Shown in pieces: positions 7,451-13,773 of a DNA stretch of 13,773 nt (position 1 is the first letter of the stretch; each line of letters begins with the position of its first letter). A model generated the notes under the pieces. It was not told where the DNA came from. It did not search any database and worked only from the letters and a program-made list of their open reading frames with translations. This stretch comes from Deferribacterales bacterium (lineage in GTDB: Bacteria > Chrysiogenota > Deferribacteres > Deferribacterales > Geovibrionaceae). The stretch is from the NCBI GenBank assembly GCA_050251945.1, contig JBFWLW010000022.1, positions 1-13,773 on the forward strand. The letters run 5' to 3'. The translations under genes and the position numbers were made by a program.

Positions 7451-8695
7451 TCAGAACGACCAGCCGAAGTTGAGCGTCAACCCGTCCGCATTATCAGCTG
7501 TCATATAGGTGACGCCGGCGCGCAGATTGGTTATGTAGCTTTTGGTCTTGCCGTCCTTTTCCTTAATAGTATTTTTATGGAAGCCGTATGAAAAACCTAT
7601 CTCGTTATACTGGTCAATATACAGATCAGACCCGAAGTATCTCGTATCAGTCACAAACAGGTCGAGAGAGGTAGCCTTGGCTTCTCCCAACGGTATTATG
7701 AAGTTGAAACCGTTGCGGACAACAGTGTTCTGGATATCGGGATCAATGTCATAATCGCCGCTTTTGAAAGGGAGAGTTTTATAATAACCCGCCATGTTGC
7801 CCATGTTCAGAAGATATTTCCCCGGATGGAACAGATATGAGCTTGTAAGTGAGCCTGAAACTATCTGACCTATAGAGCCGAGGTCGACTGAACCCACTGC
7901 GCCGTAACCGATTGCGGGGATTACGCGCCAGTTATCTGTCGCCTGATAGCCGAGGGCAAGACCCAGACCTACGTTGTAAGCTTTTGAATCCTCAACTGTC
8001 ACCTGAGACATGGGAAGCCTGATTGCCAGAGAGTTCTTTGAGCCGTTGAAGCGGATGGTATACGCAAGCGGAAGCGCGTATTCCTTGCTTTTAACGCCGT
8101 CGACCTTGTAGTTGCTGTATTTCGCAAAAACAGATATCAGGTTGGCGTTAATATCGGGATTCTGCTGACCGTTTATCTCTATGACGCTGGATTCGGGATT
8201 CACCGCCATATCATAATCCATTGCCGACATACGGCTCATCAGTGACGAGGGGTTACCGGCGATAGGGTCTGTTCCGGTATCGGAAGCCAGTTTTTTCATT
8301 ATCTTCGTGATCGCATCGCCGCCGTCTTTTTTAAACCAGTCCTCAAGCTTGTCGGAGCTTTCGTCCCTTGTTGCGCCGTCAAATTCTTCATAAACACCCA
8401 CCGAAGGGATGCTCAGGATATATTTGTTTGAATTGGATGCAATGGTCAGATATGCCGGCAGACCTCTGAAATCTATCACCATATCCGCACCGGAGGTGTT
8501 TTCGTCAAAGCCTGAGAAGTGAGACGAAATTTCTTCAACCTCAAAGTTATCGAAAAGATCTTCAACCTTAGAGAAATTTTCCGAGTAGGAATCACCGCCT
8601 GATGTAACCGTCAGGTCGAAAAGACCCGCAAAAGCCGATGAGGGAAGCAGAAGCGCGGCAGCCGCTGCAGTTAGCAATAACCTTTTAACCTTCAT
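7451..8695 (-). CDS. Uncharacterised exported protein, probable outer-membrane beta-barrel with an N-terminal non-barrel domain
   Basis: Sec signal peptide ending SSAFA. The C-terminal half has alternating amphipathic strands (YNVGLGLALGYQ, VIPAIGYGAVG, EIGFSYGF) and ends in a BAM-type motif LTLNFGWSF. Start at ATG 8695 behind AGGAGG. Confidence 0.8.
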   Translation of the reverse strand: MKVKRLLLTAAAAALLLPSSAFAGLFDLTVTSGGDSYSENFSKVEDLFDNFEVEEISSHFSGFDENTSGADMVIDFRGLPAYLTIASNSNKYILSIPSVGVYEEFDGATRDESSDKLEDWFKKDGGDAITKIMKKLASDTGTDPIAGNPSSLMSRMSAMDYDMAVNPESSVIEINGQQNPDINANLISVFAKYSNYKVDGVKSKEYALPLAYTIRFNGSKNSLAIRLPMSQVTVEDSKAYNVGLGLALGYQATDNWRVIPAIGYGAVGSVDLGSIGQIVSGSLTSSYLFHPGKYLLNMGNMAGYYKTLPFKSGDYDIDPDIQNTVVRNGFNFIIPLGEAKATSLDLFVTDTRYFGSDLYIDQYNEIGFSYGFHKNTIKEKDGKTKSYITNLRAGVTYMTADNADGLTLNFGWSF

Positions 8696-8723
8696 TAGAT
8701 CCTCCTTTAAAGTACTCTTCATC

Positions 8724-8751
8724 ATCTTACCATAATTATTACAATTTTCAA
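8724..8751 (-). promoter_or_regulatory. Candidate sigma70 promoter of the beta-barrel gene
   Basis: Minus strand TTGAAA-N16-TAAGAT with TG-N extended -10. Confidence 0.4.
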
Positions 8752-8802
8752 ATTACGACTAATGACATAATATAAACAAGGAGAAAGGTTAACAGGTTTG
8801 TA

Positions 8803-10602
8803 TTAAACGGATTTAACGAATCTGACAACTTTTTCTGCAAGATTCACCGGTATTTTGCACGATGAAGCAAGTTCTTCGGCTGAAAGTTCTTTTTCATGAT
8901 AAATGTCCGGATAGGTCTCCAGTATCTTTTTCAAAGATTTTTCACCCATTCCGGAAATATCAAGCAGAGGAGATTTTTTAAAATCTTTCAGAGCAAGCTT
9001 TCGGCTGTATGTTATAGCAAAACGGTGTGCCTCGTCCCTTATCTTCTGCACAAACAACAGAACGGGGCTGTTCTTTTTCAGATTAAGGGGATTCTTTCTG
9101 CCCGGCAGGTGGATGGACTCGATGGAATCCTCCTGTCTGTCCTTCATGAATTTAATTGAACGACCCTTTGAAATGGAAATGAAATTCGCGCTGACACCCT
9201 GCTCCTGCATGGCTTTAACGGCGCTGTTGAGCTGACCTATGCCGCCGTCGACAATATACAGGTCTGCCAGAGGTTCGCTGCCCTCTTTAATATTTTCAAA
9301 TTTGCGGGAGAACAGTTCGTATATGGAAACGAAGTCGTCGTTCTCCGCCGTTTTTATCTTATATTTGCGGTATTGCGGCGGTGCAAAATCCCCGTCCATA
9401 GTGACGACGGATACGCCCACCGTGCCTTTCCCGCCGAGGTGCGATATGTCCACACACTCAACCCGTTTTATCTCCCCTTCGTACTCGGTTATCTCTTTGA
9501 GCCTAAGACTGATATCCCGTCTGCGGCTGAGTTTTTTCAGATAAAGTTCCGTCTGTATCTTTCCGTTCTCAAGCCCAAGCGCATAAAGCTGTGAAAAGCC
9601 CCGCTTGCGCAGAATAACCTTCCGTCCGGCACTTCGTTCCACAGCATCGTGGAGAGTTTCAGTATCATCCAGCCCGAAAACCGATATCATATCCGGAAAG
9701 CTGACCACAGATGAATAAAGCTGCAATATATACGACTCAAGAACCTCTTCAGGATTTTCATCCTCAAAGATATCCGTGCGGCTGCCAACAAGCTTTCCGC
9801 CGCGGACGAAAAGAACTGTAATACCCGAAACGTTTTCTATCGCATGGGGGACAAAGACGTCAATGCTCCGTCTGTCTTCCGCCAGAACCACCGTCTGCTT
9901 TATAAAAAGTTTTTCAATGTTGCGTATCCTGTCGCGCAGTTTCGCCGCCTCTTCAAAGTCCATGCGGTCGGAAAGACGCATCATTTCTGTAGTCAGACGT
10001 TCCTTTATGCTTGCGTAATCCCCGTTGAAGAAATCGCGTATCTCCTGCACCATCTCGGAGTATCTGTTGCGGCTTATGAGGTTTTCACATGGACCCATGC
10101 ACTGCTTGATCTGATATTTGAGGCACACCCTTCCCTCTTTAAACTTTGTGTCCGTACAGGTGCGCAGAGGAAACGCCCTCAATATCTCTTCGGTGATGCC
10201 CCGGAGCGCCGTCACATCGGTGTAGGGACCGAAATACTCTCCGGCATGCCCCGATTCGCGGGTAATTAGCAGTTTAGGATAGTCGCCGTCGGTGATGCGG
10301 ATGTAGGGATAGCTTTTGGAATCCTTAAGCCGGACGTTATATCGCGGCTTTTCGGTTTTGATAAAATTATTTTCAAGGAGCAGTGCCTCCGCTTCGCTTG
10401 TTGTCACAACGAACCGGAAGTCCCTTGCCGCTTCCAGCATTTTCAGCGTTTTCAGCGGTTTATGCTCCATATCGGTAAAGTACGAAGAGACTCTGTTTTT
10501 CAGGTTCTTCGCTTTGCCCACATAGAGAATCTCTTCATTCTTCCCGATGTAAAGGTAAACCCCCGGGTTTTCGGGGACGTCTTTCAGCTCCGGTTTAAAC
10601 AT
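8803..10602 (-). CDS. uvrC: Excinuclease ABC subunit C
   Basis: GIY-YIG domain (PGVYLY..ILYVGKAKNLKNRVSSYF, EALLLENNFIK, PRYNVRLKDSKSYPYI), 4-Cys region, UVR coil (MDFEEAAKLRDRI), RNase H-like domain (ECVDISH, DLYIVDGGIGQLN, IRDEAHRFAI) and C-terminal HhH. Confidence 0.97.
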   Translation of the reverse strand: MFKPELKDVPENPGVYLYIGKNEEILYVGKAKNLKNRVSSYFTDMEHKPLKTLKMLEAARDFRFVVTTSEAEALLLENNFIKTEKPRYNVRLKDSKSYPYIRITDGDYPKLLITRESGHAGEYFGPYTDVTALRGITEEILRAFPLRTCTDTKFKEGRVCLKYQIKQCMGPCENLISRNRYSEMVQEIRDFFNGDYASIKERLTTEMMRLSDRMDFEEAAKLRDRIRNIEKLFIKQTVVLAEDRRSIDVFVPHAIENVSGITVLFVRGGKLVGSRTDIFEDENPEEVLESYILQLYSSVVSFPDMISVFGLDDTETLHDAVERSAGRKVILRKRGFSQLYALGLENGKIQTELYLKKLSRRRDISLRLKEITEYEGEIKRVECVDISHLGGKGTVGVSVVTMDGDFAPPQYRKYKIKTAENDDFVSIYELFSRKFENIKEGSEPLADLYIVDGGIGQLNSAVKAMQEQGVSANFISISKGRSIKFMKDRQEDSIESIHLPGRKNPLNLKKNSPVLLFVQKIRDEAHRFAITYSRKLALKDFKKSPLLDISGMGEKSLKKILETYPDIYHEKELSAEELASSCKIPVNLAEKVVRFVKSV

Positions 10603-10961
10603 CAGCTGTTGCAGTCACATTTGCCCTCGTCGTAACCGTAAACGGTGAGGCATCCTTTAGCATAATTCTCAAGGTCTTCTTCAACAATACCGGTCTTCGC
10701 CTGCATAACGTGAACGCCGTTGTCCATAAGTTTTTGCAGTGCGCCGGGGCCTATGCCGCCGGTGATGACAACTTCCACACCCTGATTGGCAAGTTCAATG
10801 GAAGGATTGCATGAACCGGTTGTCTGGAGATCCTGAGAATAGATAAGCCCTGCCTCTTTGGTATCCGTTTCATATGTGATAAAACAGGGAGCCGCGCCGA
10901 AATGATGGGTGATGACACTTTTCATACCCTGAAAAGAATCTACTGGAAAACATATTTTCAT
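10602..10961 (-). CDS. NifB/NifX-family (dinitrogenase FeMo-cofactor-binding-like, MTH1175 type) small protein, paralog 2
   Basis: MKICFPV..HHFGAAPCFITY..GVEVVITGGIGPGALQKLMDNGVHV with a C-terminal CDC. Its TGA overlaps the uvrC ATG (TGATG). Confidence 0.9.
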   Translation of the reverse strand: MKICFPVDSFQGMKSVITHHFGAAPCFITYETDTKEAGLIYSQDLQTTGSCNPSIELANQGVEVVITGGIGPGALQKLMDNGVHVMQAKTGIVEEDLENYAKGCLTVYGYDEGKCDCNS

Positions 10962-10966
10962 AAGGA

Positions 10967-11011
10967 ACCCCCTTTGAGCTTAAAAATTACTCAAAGGGGG
11001 TCGTTTGTCAA
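10967..11011 (-). promoter_or_regulatory. 12-bp perfect inverted repeat covering the SD of paralog 2, overlapped by a candidate internal promoter
   Basis: Minus strand ACCCCCTTTGAG-N11-CTCAAAGGGGGT-TCCTT-ATG. TTGACA (11011-11006)-N16-TAATTT (10989-10984). Confidence 0.65.
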
Positions 11012-11025
11012 GAAGTTTGGAAATG

Positions 11026-11403
11026 TTAGTGGTCGCAGGAGTGACTTCCGCCGCCGCAGAGCTGTTCATTGCCTCCAAGCTTTGTCAGCCTGTTGTGCAT
11101 GAAATTTTCCACATCGGCGTTCACTCTGCCGTCTCTTGCCTGATAAACGCTTACACCGTCCGACATAAGCCTCCTCATAGCCCCCTGACCTATGCCGCCG
11201 ACAACGACTGCATTCACACCCGCACCGGAAAGAGCCGCGGCGGGGTTACATGCGCCGTGTTCGTGAACAGCGTCTCGATTGTTTATAAAACCTGACTGTT
11301 TTGTGTCTGTATCAAATGTCACAAAACCGGGTGCCGAACCGAAATGTCCGTATATCGGGCTTTCAAGTCCTTTATCCTGTTCAACAGGAAAACATATCTT
11401 CAT
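11026..11403 (-). CDS. NifB/NifX-family small protein, paralog 1
   Basis: MKICFPVE..YGHFGSAPGFVTF..HEHGACNP..GVNAVVVGGIGQGAMRRLMSDGVSVY with a Cys/His tail CGGGSHSCDH. Start at ATG 11403 behind GAGGTG, matching the N-terminus of the paralog. Confidence 0.92.
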   Translation of the reverse strand: MKICFPVEQDKGLESPIYGHFGSAPGFVTFDTDTKQSGFINNRDAVHEHGACNPAAALSGAGVNAVVVGGIGQGAMRRLMSDGVSVYQARDGRVNADVENFMHNRLTKLGGNEQLCGGGSHSCDH

Positions 11404-11436
11404 GGTGCCACCTCGTTGTATGTAATTACCATTCAT

Positions 11437-11464
11437 ATGATATGGGCATATGCCAATAAGTCAA
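11437..11464 (-). promoter_or_regulatory. Candidate promoter with a palindromic operator in its spacer, upstream of the NifX-like pair
   Basis: Minus strand TTGACT-N16-TATCAT. Palindrome TATGGGCATATGCCAATA (11441-11458) with perfect core GGCATATGCC. Confidence 0.65.
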
Positions 11465-11467
11465 GAA

Positions 11468-13468
11468 CTATTTTACTTTAAACCTCTCCATGCTCCGCTT
11501 AAGACTGTCGGAAATCTCTGCCAGACCAGAAGAATTCTCAGCTATGCTGTCTGCCGTATTTTTTACTTCGGAAGATATCACCGCTACGCTTTTGATATCG
11601 TTATATATCTGGTCACTGGTTGCCGCCATCTCGTGTGTTGCCGAGGAGATGTTTCCCACCATGTTCTGGAGCTTTGATACTTCCTGTTCCAGCTCGTTCA
11701 GTATAACGGATATCCGCTCGGAGGATTTAACCCCGTCGCTCACCTGTCTTGTTACGCCGCCCATGGATGCCGTCACTTTGCTGACCTCCGTGCGTGTACC
11801 GGAAACCAGAGATGATATCTCCGTTGTAGCCTGCTGTGTTCTCTCCGCCAGCTTGCGCACCTCGTCCGCAACGACCGCGAAACCTCTGCCGTTCTCACCT
11901 GCACGCGCCGCTTCAATGGCGGCATTGAGAGCCAGCAGGTTTGTCTGGTCGGCAATATCGCTTATCACGCCGACAATATTGCTTATCTCGTCCGACTTCT
12001 CGCCAAGCCCTGTCACAAGGACTGACGATTCATCGACTGTGTCCTTAATACGCATAACGCCGGTGAGTGATTCCTCAACTGCGCTCTTTCCTGTGTGTAC
12101 CTTTTCCCATGTGAGGCGGGCAAACTCGGAAATATCGCTGAGGTTTTTGGCTATATCGTTTGTGGTGCCTGTCATCTCTGTTGCCGCAGTGGCTATCACC
12201 GCCGTACTGCCTGACTGTTCCGCCATACCTGCGGAAAGTTCTACTGCACCCGAGGACAGATCCGCACTTGATGTTTTAAGGGTGTCGGCGGTATCCTGAA
12301 GCTCTTTTATCATCTCGCCAAGGCTGTTCGTCATTTGCTTAACAGAGTGTACCAGACTGGTTCCGTCCTCCGCTCTGACATGCATATCCGCTGTGAAATC
12401 ACCGCCTGCAACCTTCTGCATAACGTCTATAACAACGTCCGGTTCTCCGCCGAGCCTTCTGACAAGCTTGTTAACTGTCACCAGCACGATCAGGACGATT
12501 ATTGCCGTTGCTATCACCGCTATAACGAAAATTGTGTTTTTAAGGATGGCGAGAATCGCAAATATTTCTGAATAGGGTATCTGAACCCCGAAGATATAGG
12601 TGTAGTCAACACCGTCCAATTTTACCGGACAATAGATGATAAAGTCATCATTATCTATGACACTTACGGATTGACCCTTTTCAACCGCCTCGGCAGCTTC
12701 CGGTTCGGTAAGCTTCTGCCCGTCTTTGGCTTTATCTTTGTGGGATATCACAGTCATATTGTTTGTTGCAAGAAATGCAAAACCAGTATCGTAGACCTTG
12801 ATCTCCGATATCATGTTCTTAACGTCGTCAAGCAGAACGTCCACACCTGCCACGCCCACAACCTTTCCGTTGACCGTGAAAGGATAGCTGACAGTGACAG
12901 TGGTTATGTCCTTTCCGTCAAAAGAATATGTGGCGGGTTCTGCCACATAAGGCATACCGCTGTTCAAAGGTTTCTGATACCAGTCGCTCACAGCGCCCGC
13001 ATCGTACATGGATGTTGTGAAAGACCTCGCAATACTGCCTTTGTCTCTATAAGGCATGGGGCAGAACTGCCCCTTTTCGTTAGTACCGTCTGCACTGCCG
13101 CCTGCAAGTTCGTCATCTTTTCCGTCGTATTGGTTGGGTTCCCATACTATCCACACATCAAAAAGGTTCGGATTCTTTTCAAGAACCCGCTCCAGCATAT
13201 CAAGCACCTCTTTTCTGGATACCGGCGCTCCGGCTGCTGTGAGCATGGACGCCGTGTCAGAGAGTGTTCTGGCAACCGACTGAGCGGAACCTACATCCTG
13301 TTTGAGTTCGTTTCCGTATCTGTTAGAAAGGTTTTCCGCATTTGCGGAAGCAATTGAACGGATATCCCCTTTTAACCCGTTATAAATGAAAATGTCAGCG
13401 GCTATAAACGCCACAACAACCGCCGTAATGACCGGCACAAGCACCTTCATTCTGAATGACAATTTCAT
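11468..13468 (-). CDS. Methyl-accepting chemotaxis protein with periplasmic dCache-type sensor domain
   Basis: Two TM segments ([34 protein letters not shown]), Cache motifs ([24 protein letters not shown]), HAMP-like LGGEP linker and signalling hairpin [40 protein letters not shown]. Start at ATG 13468 behind AGGAGG. Confidence 0.96.
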   Translation of the reverse strand: MKLSFRMKVLVPVITAVVVAFIAADIFIYNGLKGDIRSIASANAENLSNRYGNELKQDVGSAQSVARTLSDTASMLTAAGAPVSRKEVLDMLERVLEKNPNLFDVWIVWEPNQYDGKDDELAGGSADGTNEKGQFCPMPYRDKGSIARSFTTSMYDAGAVSDWYQKPLNSGMPYVAEPATYSFDGKDITTVTVSYPFTVNGKVVGVAGVDVLLDDVKNMISEIKVYDTGFAFLATNNMTVISHKDKAKDGQKLTEPEAAEAVEKGQSVSVIDNDDFIIYCPVKLDGVDYTYIFGVQIPYSEIFAILAILKNTIFVIAVIATAIIVLIVLVTVNKLVRRLGGEPDVVIDVMQKVAGGDFTADMHVRAEDGTSLVHSVKQMTNSLGEMIKELQDTADTLKTSSADLSSGAVELSAGMAEQSGSTAVIATAATEMTGTTNDIAKNLSDISEFARLTWEKVHTGKSAVEESLTGVMRIKDTVDESSVLVTGLGEKSDEISNIVGVISDIADQTNLLALNAAIEAARAGENGRGFAVVADEVRKLAERTQQATTEISSLVSGTRTEVSKVTASMGGVTRQVSDGVKSSERISVILNELEQEVSKLQNMVGNISSATHEMAATSDQIYNDIKSVAVISSEVKNTADSIAENSSGLAEISDSLKRSMERFKVK

Positions 13469-13647
13469 ATATCCTCCTTGTTTAATCATTATACTTTTTT
13501 ATGTGTAACTATTTTCAGTATAGATGTCATATTTTTGTATGTATAAGTGTATCCCATGTTCAGGATGGAGCAAAGAGAAATAGACCGATAAATAATTATA
13601 GAAATATATGAACATGAGAATTGTGAAACAAAAAAAGCCCCGCGGAG

Positions 13648-13773
13648 TGAACTGTCCCCCATTTTCCGGACAGTAAAAAAAGCCCCGGGCTAAGAATTAA
13701 GATGATGTCGGTATCCAGCCGGCGTCATCTTTTTTAATGTCCACTGTGGTCTTTCTTCATTATAATACCGGAT
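13648..13773 (-). mobile_element. Right end of an IS3-family insertion sequence (probably IS150 group), truncated by the window edge
   Basis: Terminus 5'-TGAACTGTCCCCCATTTTCCGGACAG follows the IS3 TG...CA rule and lies about 42 nt past the stop of a transposase C-terminus. Confidence 0.85.
13690..13773 (-). CDS. C-terminal fragment of IS3-family transposase OrfB
   Basis: Not in the ORF track. The minus strand reads IRYYNEERPQWTLKKMTPAGYRHHLNS*, matching the IS3 C-terminal YYN-x2-R-x4-L-x3-TP-x2-YR motif. Confidence 0.88.
   Translation of the reverse strand: MRYYNEERPQWTLKKMTPAGYRHHLNS

Noticed and set aside
7138..7473. 111-aa ORF across the intergenic repeat region
   Set aside because: It begins within the pyc terminator, lacks an SD, crosses a second terminator and has composition dictated by the repeats.
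10602..11403. Nitrogen-fixation cluster
   Set aside because: Only NifX-like small proteins are present, with no nifHDKENB in the window; this family is widespread outside nif clusters.
11490..13357. Long plus-strand ORFs of 269 aa and 228 aa
   Set aside because: Antisense shadows of the MCP gene, commonly open opposite MCP coiled-coil coding sequence, with no protein-family features.
13469..13647. c-di-GMP riboswitch or sigma28 promoter upstream of the MCP
   Set aside because: No GEMM-like motif is visible; the only CCGATAA-like element is on the wrong strand and lacks a properly spaced -35.
1..13773. Composite transposon bounded by the IS pieces at both window edges
   Set aside because: The two ends belong to different IS families and enclose housekeeping genes (lolA, pyc, uvrC), so independent insertions are more likely.

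Overview
This is a bacterial chromosomal window from a diderm organism (LolA, beta-barrel protein, MCP); the gene style suggests an anaerobe such as a Deferribacterota member, which is inference only. From left to right it holds: the probable 5' end of an IS630-like transposase whose left end appears to have captured the 3' end of a LysR gene; a divergent LysR / NmrA-SDR double-Rossmann fusion pair; lolA; single-chain pyruvate carboxylase; a ~360-bp convergent intergenic region packed with palindromes (inverted duplicated terminators, a REP-like dimer with compensatory changes, an IS-end-like palindrome); an uncharacterised outer-membrane beta-barrel protein; uvrC overlapped by the second of two tandem NifB/NifX-family genes; a dCache-type MCP; and the right end of an IS3-family element inserted into a terminator arm that it also copies internally. 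The best candidates for something new are: (1) the NifX-like pair coupled to a 4-Cys UvrC, a possible metallocluster-delivery module, with an SD-occluding hairpin and internal promoter; (2) the IS3 end carrying a 13-bp copy of its target; (3) the NmrA-SDR fusion.
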